A DNA stretch of 64,000 nt from Octopus vulgaris (GCA_951406725.2 OX597831.1:77500001-77564000), one strand, 5' to 3'; numbered from the stretch's first letter, positions 14,888-27,927 are shown. The notes: generated by a model not told the origin, from the letters alone. Numbers and translations: made by a program.

Positions 14888-15394
14888 TGTGTGTCTGTGT
14901 GTGTATGGTTTACAAGTGTTAAATATCTCTAATGAAAACCTAATTTTAAAGTACACGATATAAACTCAAGCGAACGCTGCCTTTGATATAATGCACTAAA
15001 CAAATAGCAGTGAGAGGCCCCACGAGGGCACTTAAAAACTTTATGAAACTGATGGCGTTTCCATCTACCCGTCTAATAATGTAGCAATCCATGTTTCTCT
15101 GACACACACGGAAATACTCACCTCACACAAAACGCTGTGACAGGGTAGTAAGAACTCGCAGGGTGGTTTCGGTCCCCTCGCAGAGCGGTAAATTCGAAAC
15201 CGTATTGTTTCTATATTCGAATAACTATTAACACTTGATGGTTTGCATTTTTACATACATACACACACACACATATATATGTATATATATATACATATAT
15301 ACATATATGTATGCACATATATAGACATAAATAATCACATGCATTTATATATACATATGAATGTGTATATATATATACATATATATATATATAA

Positions 15395-15426
<32 letters not shown>

Positions 15427-15574
15427 GTATTTATATATATATATACATATACACACACGCACACATATATTTACACACGCATTTACACACACACAGAAAT
15501 AAACAACTACCGACTTAGACACATGCATACACGAACGCACGCGCGTACACATACATATATACATATACATATAC

Positions 15575-15615
<41 letters not shown>

Positions 15616-16500
15616 CACACACATATATATCTCCCTATATCTATCTATCTATTTATCAAGCTATCTATATTTATAGACAGACAGACAGAGAGACAAACCG
15701 ATAGACAGATAGCAATAGGTAGGTAGATAGATATAGATAGATAGATAGGAAAACTGATAAATAGATTTATCAAATCGCTAAAGCGTCGCTCAAAGACGTA
15801 ACTCGGATAGATGGATGATGTAGCTAACCGGTGCATTCAGCCGCCATCATATACACTGTATCAGCATGCTAACTGAGCAAGTATACACATTGGCATTACA
15901 TACACAACCACACACACACACACTGACACGCACACACACATACATATATCAATTATAAACAGTAATTATATAACCTCTATTAAAACATCTGCTAGTCATA
16001 CAACACTGAATATATTTTTTAAAAAATGGTTATTTATAAAGAAGAATGAGATTAAGTACATATGTACTGTAAATGTACATAAAAGACAACGGGAGTGTAT
16101 GTGTGTGCATTCCATCCATCCTCATTTAGTTTGTTTGTTAATATGGCCGCTGTCGTGGACTGCTTCATGTTTCGCCGAATTATGCCGAATTGTCTGACAC
16201 TTGTGGCTATCTTAGTGGAGCTGCACCAACAAAACAACACGTTTATATATGTGTGGTAAGAAGCTTGCTTCTCAACCGCATTGTTCTGGGTTCAAACTCA
16301 TAGCCTACCATTCAACTTCTACCATAGCCTCGGGCCCACCAAAGCCTTCTGAGTGGATTTGGTAGATGGAAACTGAAAGAAGCTCCTCGTATAATATATA
16401 TATATATATATAAATATGTGTGTGTGTGTGTGTGTGTGTCTGTGTGCATGTGTATGTATGTATGTATGTATGTATGTATGTATGTATGTATGTATGTATG

Positions 16501-16543
<43 letters not shown>

Positions 16544-17614
16544 TATTCGTGTGTCTTTGTGTCTCAGCTTGTTCCTCCCCCTCATCTATCTATCTATCAA
16601 TATTTCCTCAAATGCATTAAAAGTTTCATTAGAGACGATCTGGACCTGCTACAGCATCTACCAAACACCACCAACGAAGAAACTCTATTAGTTTCCTTCG
16701 ATGTAATCAACTTCTACACTAACATTTCACGTGACTACGGAATAGAGGTAATAAAATTCTGGTTAGAAAAATATCCCGAAGTTCTTCCGGAGACCGCATA
16801 AACCAGATTTTTGTCATTGAATCCCTGAAGTTCATCCTACAAAACAATGACTTCCTATTCGATACAACATATGTATTACCGCCAAAAATGCAGTATCGCG
16901 ATGGGAACAAAAGTAGTGCCTATCCTTGCAAACCTAATAATGGGTTTCTTTGAATCTACCCTATATGAACTTTCGCTCCAAATAGTTGGAACCCCATTCC
17001 ACCAGTATATAAGAGAAAACTGGATTTCAAATCCACACTAAACAATATAAAGCCACACTGAACAATATGAATACAATGGAATATAGCAACGAACAGCTCC
17101 CATTTCTGGACATTTTGATTTTTAAAATGTCCAACAACCAAACTGCAACTGACATTTACTACAAACAAACAGTCTCAAAACAGTATCTCCTTTTCAGTTC
17201 ATGCCATCATAAACACACCAAAATAAATATCCCATTCAATCTAGCAAAAGGGATCTGTACAATTGTATCTGACACAACCACTCGGGAACTTCGCCTATAA
17301 GAACTCAAAATAACTCTCATTGAACGTCAATGCCCACCTACACTTATAGACCATGGAATTAAACGTGCCAAGAAATTGGACACAAACACACTAAGGACAA
17401 CAAAACAAAACACCGCACCTCACTTTAAATCACTCTCATACACAGCAACCCACAACCCCAGAAACAATGAAGCATACAACACAATATACAAAATCTCCCT
17501 CTGCTCACTCAAGACCCGAAAACGAACAGCATCCTAAATACACATAGACTCCTAAAATGCAAAAAACAAGACAAATCACTCAAGAGACTCCTAACAAATG
17601 CAAAACTATACTCA

Positions 17615-18037
17615 ATGCATACGATACCACCAGTTGAAAAATGCAGACGACCTAATTGTGGTACATGCCCATATTTAACTGAGGGCTTGGAATTCGCATT
17701 CCAGCAAGGAGAAAAATTCTCAATTAAGACCAACTTCACATGTGCTTCCCAGAACTTTATCTATGCCCTAACCTGTTCAGCTTGTCACAATTATGTGGGC
17801 CAAGCGAGCCTTACTTTGAGACGCAGAGTCACGCTGCACAAAGAACAGATTCGTTTCCCTCAGTTCAGGCAGATAGCACTGAGCGGACATATCGACAAAT
17901 GCACAAGTAATAAAACGCCGAATTTTCATATCTTCCCATTATACCAATGCAAAGATTCAATATCGGTACAAAAACGTCTAAACAAGGAAAACCTGTTAAT
18001 ACAAAAGTACAGACCACAGCTCAATATAGAAATTTGA
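17615..18037 (+). pseudogene. GIY-YIG endonuclease domain of the Penelope-like element
   Basis: FIY...YVG motif pair, Cys-rich segments, conserved R/H and a terminal E..N (KENLLIQKYRPQLN). Confidence 0.85.
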
Positions 18038-18180
18038 CCATTTAAAGAATTATAGTAAGTAGCCAGTTGTCCCCCTTGCCACTTGTTGCCTCCCTTGGTT
18101 CACTCTCTAGAGTCTTTCTTATTTTTCAAACATCCAAAATGACGAGACCCCTTTGTCACAAGAATTGATTACTGTACAAT

Positions 18181-18222
18181 GTCCTTTGAAAAGCTAATTG
18201 AAATAGTGAAAACCGGTTGGAT
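18181..18222 (+). ncRNA. U3-A8 variant minimal hammerhead motif in the Penelope 3' pLTR
   Basis: gtcct-TTGAAAA-GCTA-attgaaa-TAGT-GAAA-ACCGGTT-ggat, ~145 bp after the GIY-YIG stop codon. Confidence 0.5.
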
Positions 18223-18486
18223 TTCACGACACCCATATAATATGTATATATTTATAAAAAGATATTAAACTATATGAAACGAAGGCATTTCTCTTCCACT
18301 TTTAATATTTGTTTTCCGCATATTTTCAACTCATAATTTTAACATGTGGTGTATATCTTTGCTCCTTGTATATATATATATATATATATTTTAATCAATA
18401 TAAGGGTAACAAAAAATTTGAGAAAAATTTTCCGCCACCAGCGGTCTAGTGAGAAAGAAAAAATAGTCACAGACTATATAATATAC

Positions 18487-18729
18487 ATTCAACAATATTA
18501 AGGAATGGCCCTGATAGGCCATTCGACTCACTAGAAAGAGCAGCCAAACTCAAACTGCTGTTTGTCGAAACTATGTGTGTCGAAACTATGTATAGTCCAA
18601 AGATGAAAAGGATAAATGTTTTTATTTCTCCTTTAGTTTCAGAATTACAACTATTTAGCGGTTTGAGTTTGTCTGCTCTTTCTAGTGAGTCGAATGGCCT
18701 ATCAGGGCCATTCCTTAATATCGTTGAAT
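18487..18729. repeat. Inverted repeat: 73-bp arms, 97-bp spacer
   Basis: attcaacaatattaaggaatggccctgatagg...caaactgct versus agcggtttg...cctatcagggccattccttaatatcgttgaat. Confidence 0.9.
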
Positions 18730-18739
18730 ATATATATAT

Positions 18740-19008
18740 ATATTCTTTTATCTTTTACTGGTTTCAGTCATTAGACTGCGGCCATGCTGGAGCACCACCT
18801 TGAAACATTTTGAGTCGAATAAATTAACCCTCAGGACGCTACTGTTTTCTTAAGCCTGGCAATTATCCTATCGGTCTCTTTTGTCGAACCACTAAGTTAC
18901 GGAGACGTAACCACATCAACACTGGTTGTCAAGCGTTGGTGGGAGACAAACACAAAGACACGCACACACACACACACTCTCACGCACTCACACACATATA
19001 TATATATT

Positions 19009-19072
<64 letters not shown>

Positions 19073-19160
19073 CGACGAGCTTCTTTCAGTCTCCGCAGTG
19101 GGACTGAACCAGGAAGCATGTTGTTGGAAGGCTAGCTTCTTACCACACAGTCACCTAAGC
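18740..19160 (-). mobile_element. SINE family A with an internal deletion
   Basis: Alignment to other copies. Confidence 0.8.
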
Positions 19161-19429
19161 ACGTGCATATGTAACGAAATAAGTACACAAAACATCAAGT
19201 AGCCACCGCCCCACTAACTGAAATATTTAAAGAGACTTGTCTACCTATTATATGTACATATACGAGTTAAGTCTTCCAGAAGCAGCCGAATATAATTGAA
19301 TGATTGACGAAACCTCTCCAACTAAGATATACACTAATGTACAAACGCACATGAGTACATTTATCTGTAAGTACGAATATATCTTGATATAATTGAAAAA
19401 CTAAAGAAGCATATGTTCTTAACGGCAAG

Positions 19430-19815
19430 TGACTGAAAAAAGCAATTACCTTCGAAACAATGTCAACAACCCCGTTGAGACAAAAATAATTCTATATCGG
19501 TATATCAGAAGGGGATTTCAAAAACTGTTTTACCGAGCCACCTCTCGATTTGACAAGAACAGAAACACTACAACATTGCCCACAATTATATATAGATATG
19601 GAAAATGAATGATCTATGTGTTGACCATTTTGATGTCGACTTGTCAATCATCGAACATATTTTACATATACGTAACGTGAAAATGCCAACTATTCACTGC
19701 AGAAAGATGTTGTACGATGAGGAAAGAAATCGATATTTAGGTTAAAAAAAAAAAGAGCGGAGATAATTTGAAAATGTGACGACGTGAACAAATTTTAAAT
19801 GACTAATTTACAACG
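19430..19815 (+). pseudogene. Highly decayed GIY-YIG domain of a second Penelope-like family
   Basis: Translates in pieces as FYIGISEGDFKN..KNRNTTTL..KCQLFTAE..KKRAEII.K, with frameshifts. Confidence 0.55.
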
Positions 19816-20137
19816 AAGTAAAACCTGATTGATGGGCTGATTGATGTAAAGATAGAATGGTTCCCCGTAAAGTACACAGAAAGGTTAGAATTCACGTCTG
19901 CCCTCCTATGATACCGAACGCCAACAATAATTTTGCTATCAATTTTCCCGACCTTGTTTCTAGCTGCAAAACCTTATGATCATTCGACTTTAACAATATA
20001 TATATTACCAGTGCTAATCACACTGAGTGCGTTTTTTTTTTGTTACCTTTTTCGTAAGTATTTGGAAGTGTTAATAAAACAATAAGAATACGACGGATGG
20101 AGCTGTTCTTTTGTATAGAAAACAAACAAATAAATAG

Positions 20138-20332
20138 GGGCAGGTGTGGTTGTTTGGGAAAGAATGTTGCTTGCCATCTATGAAGCCTTGGGTTCAATCC
20201 CACTAAGTGACACCTTGGACATATATCTTCTACAATGGATCCTGATGTCAACCAAAGCCTTGTGAGAGGATCAGGTAGACGGAATCAGAAATTGCCTGCA
20301 TACATACATACATACATACATACATACATACA

Positions 20333-20368
<36 letters not shown>

Positions 20369-20384
20369 TACATACATACATACA

Positions 20385-20481
<97 letters not shown>

Positions 20482-20700
20482 TTGTGTCTTTGAGTATGAG
20501 CTGTGTTTGTTCCTCCACTACCGCTTGACAATCGCTGTTGTTTAGCTTACGTACCCATGGCTTAGCGGTTCGGCAAAAGAATACGTACCAGACTTAAGAA
20601 ATAAAATACTCGGGTTGATTTATTCGAGTAAATCCTTCAAGGTGGTACTCCAGCATGGCCGCAGTCCAATGACTGAAACATGTAAAAGATAAAAGACAAA
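20138..20700 (+). mobile_element. SINE family A, diverged full-length copy
   Basis: Head ggcaggtgtggttgtttgggaag...ggttcaatccc; tail gactgaaacatgtaaaagataaaaga. Confidence 0.8.
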
Positions 20701-20849
20701 CAAATAAAAAGATGGACTATCACGCTTTGACCGCTTCTGGTTCATAGATCTGCTTGGTCAAGGCTGACCTAGGGTTAAACAGCAGCAACGACAAACTAGA
20801 TTTTGTTTTCACTATTATCAGCATCAACTTATGAGGCAGAAGAAATAGC

Positions 20850-21470
20850 CCTCATTCAGCACCGAAACGCCCTTCATTGACTAATGGAGGGGCATTTCTG
20901 ACCAACGAGGAAATCACCGGTGGCCTACAAAGATGCCACTAATTGTCAAAGAGGGATTTTCTGTTAGCTAACGAGAGGACTGCAAATGATCCAAGAGACG
21001 AATATCTGCGGATCGAACAGGGACATCGAGTTCACTAGTGGCCTCCAAAGAGGTCGCTAATGACCAAAGTGTGATCTGTATAGGCAAAAGAGTGGATTTC
21101 TGCTGGCCAATAAGGTTAATACTGGCTAAAGATGGAGCTTCTATTGGCTAACCAGAGGACTGCAAAGGTCTAAAGAGGCGTGCACTTACGATCAAACGGC
21201 AAACATCTGCTAACCTGTGAGGAGGAGTATATTGACCAACAGAATGTTCTGGAATGGCCTACAACCAATAAGTTGGAGAGCACTTACAAGTCGATTGGGA
21301 GGCCTATATTTTTCAACCCCCGGCAAGTCTACTGGCTAGCAAAGGAATAACTAGTGATCAATAAGATGGGTTTATAGGAGAAAGATCAATAATCTCTACT
21401 GGTGAAAGATGAGGCATCTGCTAACCAAACGCTGTTCTTTCCTGGCCAACAACAGCTCCGCTCTGAGCGA
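20850..21470. repeat. Old degenerate minisatellite (c/ttctactggccaa-like units)
   Basis: Recurrent ct(a/g)ctgg(c/t)caa, tgaccaa and gaggactgcaaa motifs. Confidence 0.55.
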
Positions 21471-21901
21471 ACGAGCCAGGGCGCTCTATGACTATTAGCT
21501 AGAAATAGCAGCTACATTTCCTTCGTATCAAATTTACTTCCTTGAAAACTAAGTACATACATTGCATAATATATTCCAAAATACCTTTAAAAACAGGATA
21601 TTTTGGAAGGGACGCACATGATCATAGATCTGCACGGTGCGGTTTGACCCCAGGTTAAACAACAATAAAAAACAGCATTTAAAACGTCGGCAACAATAAC
21701 AATAAGTACACAAAACATCAAGTAGCCACCGCCCCACTAACTAAACACTACTTTAATTCCTACTCCAACATCAAAGGTAACGAACGACCTATTATCTTAA
21801 GAAATCATTCATGATAACCTAACTGCTATTTCGACAAGACACGTTTCAGGCACGTGGCTTAGGGGCGTGGACTGCTCTCGTGATTATGTTTCTAAGGTAA
21901 T

Positions 21902-21953
<52 letters not shown>

Positions 21954-22118
21954 GTGTGGGTATATAAGTGTGTGTACTATTATGTATGTATGGTTAATTG
22001 ATTTCATATCATATCAATCTATCCATCTATCTATCTATATATCCATCTACCTACCTACCTACCTACCTACCTACCTACCTACCTACCTACCTACCTACCT
22101 ATCTACCTACCTACCTAC

Positions 22119-22225
<107 letters not shown>

Positions 22226-22296
22226 GCTTGCTTGCTTGCTTGTTTGCTTGCTTGCTTGCATGCTTGCTTGCTAGCTATTTGTATGTATATCCACAA

Positions 22297-22329
<33 letters not shown>

Positions 22330-22608
22330 AGCGTACATTGAGGGAAAGAAAGAGAGAGACATGGATAAATAATGGGTAGATGTGTGTATATGTTTATAAC
22401 GGTTTCAAAATTTGGCACATGTCTAGATGTTTGTGAGAGAGTGGAGAGTCGATCAGGTCAGCCCCAGTACTTAACTGGTATTTATTCTACCGACAATGGA
22501 AGGAAAAGTCGATCTCGGTGATATGTGAACTCCGAACGTAAAGACGGACGAAATGCTGTCAAGCATTTTGTCCGGCGTGCTAACGATTCTGCAAAATCAA
22601 CGCCTTTA

Positions 22609-22902
22609 TACGAAGTGCGGAGGGCTGAAAGGTTCCCAGCTTTAAGTGTATCGCAAAAGGCTTGGCTGGTGGTTTAAACTTCCCAGTCCTTTTGCAGGGC
22701 TTAGAAAACCTGCAGTACCTCTGCAATAAGTATATGAATGTGAGAAGGGAATATGTTGTTTTACAGGGCTTTGAAAAACTAAAGGACCTTTGCAATAAGT
22801 GTGTGGCTCTGAGAATGGAATACGTTGACTAAAATCATAATTCCCTGAGTCTCCTGTATTTTCTTTTGCCCAAAGCCAGAAACTATTCAGCACGCCCTCA
22901 TA
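22609..22902. mobile_element. Mariner-derived MITE
   Basis: Imperfect TIRs tacga..gggctgaaaggttcccagcttt and aaagccagaaactattcagcacgccctcata, both TA-bounded. Confidence 0.6.
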
Positions 22903-23138
22903 TACGTGCACAATAAAAAAAATCACGGTGACAAGATACGAACAAACGCAAACACACAGACAGACACATATCGATAGCCGGATTGAAAGTTGGTTCCTTA
23001 AACAACCGTTATATAATGACTCTACACATAGCCAGAGTTAGATAAGGCTATCTGAAACAAGTATCTGCATTATCCTTGAGCCTCTGATATATGCTTTTAT
23101 ATATATTTGGGCGCATGTAAGTATCTTATTTATATCCT

Positions 23139-23214
23139 TTCGTAAGTTCTACTGAGGAGGAATAAGTCTTTTATGAGATTAATTCCGAAATTGATTCAAT
23201 ATAGAAATAACGAA
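23139..23214 (+). ncRNA. Complete type I hammerhead ribozyme
   Basis: Stem I TTCTA/TAGAA (extended by ttcgt/acgaa), core CTGAGGA, stem II GGAAT-a-AGTCTT-ttat-GAGATT-a-ATTCC, GAAA, stem III TTG-att-CAA. Predicted cleavage after A23201 (AUA). Confidence 0.8.
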
Positions 23215-23309
23215 TTTTTAAAAAATTCTAACGGCCGGCTTGCCCGACTTCAGTTCTTCGGTTTTTGCTGTAGCGAGTAAATTATATGTGGAAATTGACG
23301 ATTTAATAG

Positions 23310-23377
<68 letters not shown>

Positions 23378-23567
23378 TCAGTTCAGTGCATATATTTGCA
23401 TTTATATACTCATATAAGTACAGCGTATGCACGTACAAATACGCGGATTACATAAACGAAATGTATTGAGAAAGATCTTTGTAACTGACGTATTCAAATA
23501 AGCATATAAGGGGGACACACGCGCGTACGCATGGATAGGGACAGATATGTATATGAATATGTATATA

Positions 23568-23641
<74 letters not shown>

Positions 23642-23645
<4 letters not shown>

Positions 23646-23819
23646 TGCAGGCGTGGCTGTGTGGTAAGAAACCTGCTTCCCAGCCGCATGGTTCCGGGTT
23701 CAGTCCCACTGGGTGGCACCTTGGGCAAGTGTCTTCTTCTATAGCCTTGGGCTGATCAAAGCCTTGTGAGTGGATTTGGTAAACGGAAACTGAAAGAAGC
23801 TCGTTGTATATGTGTACGC

Positions 23820-23852
<33 letters not shown>

Positions 23853-23879
23853 TATATACATATATATATACATATATAT

Positions 23880-23950
<71 letters not shown>

Positions 23951-24106
23951 AAAGGCTTCTTTCAGTTTCCGTCTACCATATTCACTCACAAGGCTTTGGT
24001 CGGCCCGAGGCTATAATAGAAGACAGTTGCCCAAAGTGCCACGCAGTAGGACTGGACCTGCAACCATTTGGTGCTAAGTAAGCTACATACGACACAGTCA
24101 CGCCTG

Positions 24107-24110
<4 letters not shown>
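23642..24110. mobile_element. Two family A SINE 5' halves in inverted orientation around a (TA)n tract
   Basis: Plus-strand head at 23642-23815 and minus-strand head at 23950-24110. Confidence 0.8.
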
Positions 24111-24168
<58 letters not shown>

Positions 24169-25337
24169 TATATTTATGCATATATATTCTTGTGTGAAAG
24201 CGTGTGTGTGTACACATCATAAGGCAAGAATAGGCACGCACACATATACACACATATATACACATACGCACACATGCACACACTTATGCAATTATTTGTA
24301 TGTGATTGCGTGTGTGTCTTTGTGTGTGTGTGTTAGTGTGTGTGTGTGGAGAGAGAGACCCACAGAAAGAAAGAGAGAGGAAAGGAGAGGAAGGGATGTA
24401 TGTAAGTACGTGTATAAATGTATCTCTCTCTCTCTCTGTATGCATGCATATATATATATATATATGTATGTAGATGTTGTATATGAACGTGTGTATCTAT
24501 GTATACATACAGGGTGTGGCCCGAAAAAGGCTATTGCTAGAAGAGCGCGTGAATACGGCCGAAGCTCTTAGAGATTCGAGTGTTCTTGAGATTAGATTAA
24601 TAATACAAGTGGAGGCATTATGGCGGGTGTCGAAAAGGCGGTGGTGGGTCGGAAGACATTTTAGAAAACAAACAAAAGACGACAATAACAACAATAGCAA
24701 GACCAACAATACTTTTGTTGCAACAATAAAGTGTATTTAAAAAAAAAACCAACAACAACAACAAAACAAAACAAAACACAAACAAATATAAGAACATCAG
24801 CGAAAAGCTGACAATATCAAATAACACTTACATAACAATTAAGGTGAGATAAAGCGAATTGAAAGTGTAATGTGAAGATTGGTGATTTGTTAGGAGACAG
24901 GTGAGATAGGTAATACGATGCAATTGAGAAAGAACGTGCGTGGCGTGTGGATAAGAAGGTGCCGCCCTGTTGCAGATCGCTGTGTTGGTCTGTCGCAGAA
25001 GTATTTAGATTTTGTTGTTGTTCTTTTTGTGTTTTTCTTTTTCTTTCAATGACATGTTGCAGTATGATCTATGTAGATAGTGACATATCACAGTAAAGTC
25101 TGTGTTAGCTATGACATTTTACATTAAAAATCTGTGTGGACGTTGATATATTATATTAAGAACTATGCTGACAATTACATTACACAAAGATTTCGGTAGA
25201 CAACCCTGTATTATTTCTATGTAATGTCGTAACTACAGTAAGATCAGACAGATATATAACGTTCACATGTATAAAAAGAATGGCGTGTTACGCAATAACC
25301 TCTGTAGACCTTTCATTACAGTAAGATCATTATAAAT

Positions 25338-25819
25338 ATAGAATGGTTGTATACTGTCAATTTAACATGACAGTAGGGGATTACTCCACCGCCTAGGAAG
25401 CATCGACGCTTCCTGATGGCTTCAACACATTTCCTGTGTCCTTATATATTTACGAAGGGGAGACAAACACCCCCAGCAGCCAGGCCTGCATCTAGAGACA
25501 TGCGTGTTTCAGGATCTTTGTCCATCATCGGTCTAGAGAAGCAGATGCCCGCCAGCTGCAGATATCTGTCCCGACCGCTGGCTGGCGGGCTTCTGCTACT
25601 CTAGACCGATGATGGACAAAGATCCTGAAACATGCGTGTCTCTAGATGCAAGCCTGGCTGCTGGGGGTGTTTGTCTCCCCTTCGTAAATGTATATAAGGA
25701 GACAGGAAAAATGTGTCAAAGCCATCAGGAGGCGTCGATGTTTCCTAGGGCTAAACAGCGGTGGTGTAATTCCCTTACTGTCACGTTCACGTTAGATTGA
25801 CAGTATACAACCATTCTAT
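25338..25819. mobile_element. Fold-back MITE, ~480 bp and almost wholly palindromic
   Basis: TA-gaatggttgtatactgtcaa...ttgacagtatacaaccattc-TA. The arms of ~220 bp have scattered mismatches around a ~25-bp loop. Confidence 0.85.
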
Positions 25820-25894
25820 CGCCCCACCACCGTACATATCTCTAAGAGATTTAGAAATTTAATATTTCTGATTATAATTATAATAATAAATAAA

Positions 25895-26143
25895 TGTGCT
25901 CTTTCAAAGCCTAGCCAGGCTCATGGGCCCGGTTTCCCGGTTTCAATGGCGTATGTGTTCCCCAAGCTGGACGGGACGCCAGTCCATCGCAGCGTTACTC
26001 ATTTTTGCCGGCTGAGTGGACTGGAGCAACGTGAAATAAAGTGTTTTGCTCAAGAACACAACGAGCCGCTCAGCCCAGGAATCGAAACCACAATCTTACG
26101 ATCATGATGCTGACACCCTAACCGCTAAGCCACGCGCCTCCAC
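25895..26143 (-). mobile_element. tRNA-derived SINE family D (CORE-like); others at 30165-30505 (+) and 57895-58195 (-)
   Basis: GGAGGCGCGTGGCTTAGCGGTTAGGG (A box), GTTTCGATTCC (B box) and CTTGAGCAAAACACTTTATTTCACGTTGCTCCAG on the minus strand. Confidence 0.8.
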
Positions 26144-26221
26144 CATTATAGATATGGCATTTCATTAATATTTTTGTACACTATGACATACTACATTAAG
26201 ATCTATGTATGCTATAACATA

Positions 26222-26521
26222 TGGAGGCACATGGTCTAGTGGTTAGAGCAGCGGACTCGCGGTCGAGGGATCGCCGGTTCGAATCTCAGACCGGGCGATG
26301 TGTGTGTTTATGAGCGAAACACCTAAGCTCCACGCGGCTCCAGTAGAAGGTAATGGCGAACTTCTACTGACTCTTTCGCCCCAACTTTCTCTCACTCTTT
26401 CCTCCTGCATCTAGCAGTTCACCTGCAACAGACCGGCGTCCCGTCCACGTGGGGAACTTATACGCCAAAGAAACCGGGAAACCGGCCCTATGAGCCAGGC
26501 ATAGCTCGAGAAGGAACAAAC
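26222..26521 (+). mobile_element. tRNA(Arg-like)-derived SINE family C; others at 38268-38733, 41669-41980 and 50089-50255
   Basis: ggaggcacatggtctagtggttagagcagcggactcgcggtc...ggttcgaatc. 12-bp TSD atgctataacat at 26209-26220 and 26522-26533. Confidence 0.85.
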
Positions 26522-27595
26522 ATGCTATAACATCGAATATTAAGACCTATGTACACTGCGATATATCACATTAAGTTCTATATATGCTATGGTGTATTAA
26601 ATCCTTAAATCCTTAAAAATGTTTCAGCCTGAAGGCTGCGACCATGCTGAGGCACCACCGCTACATTAAGATTTATGTACACTATGACATTATCTTAAGA
26701 TCTAAGCACACTTGACACATTACATTAAGATATACAATGGCATATATTGACTTCAAATATTGGCACAAAGCCAGCAATTCCGGAGGAGGGGAGTAAATCG
26801 ATTACATCGGTCTCGGTGCCAAATTGGTACTTATTCTATCGATCTCGAAAGAATGAAGGGCAAAGTCGACCTCGGCGGATTTTCCGCTCAGATCGTAAAG
26901 ATGGACGAAATTCTGCTACGCATTTACCCTGCCAGTTCACCGCCATATACTATGAGATATACCAAGATCGATGTAGACTGTGATATTTTACACTATGTAC
27001 TATGTAGATGGATGAAATAAACATCAGAAACTGCGTGAGATACTCAGTGGTATCACAAACTCTTCTAAATCCATTGCAATGCTGGAAACCCTTCCGTATC
27101 ATCAGAAGGTATCACAGGGTCACAAGCGTCTCACCCCTTAGTCTGTATGCCTCACCTGATTGGGGCGGTGAGGATTGAGTTAGTCTTTGCCTATGGAAGA
27201 GTTCCTCTTGCACTCTCTTATCGACCATAGCCATCTTGAACTAATTTTAGCTGCCGTTCCTATTTCCTTTATGACTTACTGCAGGAAATAGCAGATTGAA
27301 CTAGCTGGAAAGCTGCGGTAGCTGACTCTGACGGGGAATGAGGCCGCATGATGTCCCTTCACAAGGGCCACGTCCGCTAAATCCTGACATTTCGATTATT
27401 TTACTTCTGGGAAATATCAAGTCTGTCTTCTTAGGGCAATAACTTTACACTAAGATCTACGCAGGGTGTGACGTCTTAGAGCAAGATGCGTATGCAGGCA
27501 ACTATGACATGTTATATTAAGATTTATGTACATTATGACGTTACATAAATATTTATGCAGACGTCAATGGCATATTACTTTAAGATCTATATTGA

Positions 27596-27868
27596 TACGA
27601 TGTCTGATCAAAAGATCAGGACTGGTGCTATACAAATATACTCTTTTACTCTTTTACTCTTTTACTTGTTTCAGTCATGTGACTGTGGCCATGCTGGAGC
27701 ACCACCTTTAGTCGATCAAATCGACCCCAGGACTTATTCTTTGTAAGCCTAGCACTTATTTTATCGGTCTCTTTTTGCCGAACCGCTAAGTTACGGGGAC
27801 GTATACACACCAGCATCGGTTGTCAAGCGATGTTGGGGGGACAAACACAGACACACAAACACGCACAT

Positions 27869-27927
<59 letters not shown>

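Larger units (their letters stand above)
16597..18368 (+). mobile_element. Penelope-like retroelement, 5'-truncated and decayed (RT + GIY-YIG endonuclease + 3' pLTR)
   Basis: LVSFDVINFYTNI, AMGTKVVPILANLIMG, LPFLDILI..TDIYYK, then CRRPNCGTCPYL..FIYALTCSACHNYVGQ. Stops and frameshifts are present, and the YxDD segment is missing near 17030. Confidence 0.9.
25050..27595. repeat. ~31-bp minisatellite (ctatgacatattacattaagatctatgtaca) fragmented by insertions
   Basis: Units are visible at 25050-25330, 26150-26220, 26520-26740, 26950-27005 and 27445-27595. Confidence 0.8.

Noticed and set aside
26222-26295. tRNA-like heads here and at 30165, 38268, 41669, 50089
   Set aside because: They continue into SINE bodies and lack proper cloverleaf stems, so they are not called as tRNA genes.
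25050-27595. Regularly spaced ~31-bp repeats considered as a CRISPR-like array
   Set aside because: The units are contiguous and degenerate with no unique spacers or cas genes, in a eukaryotic context.
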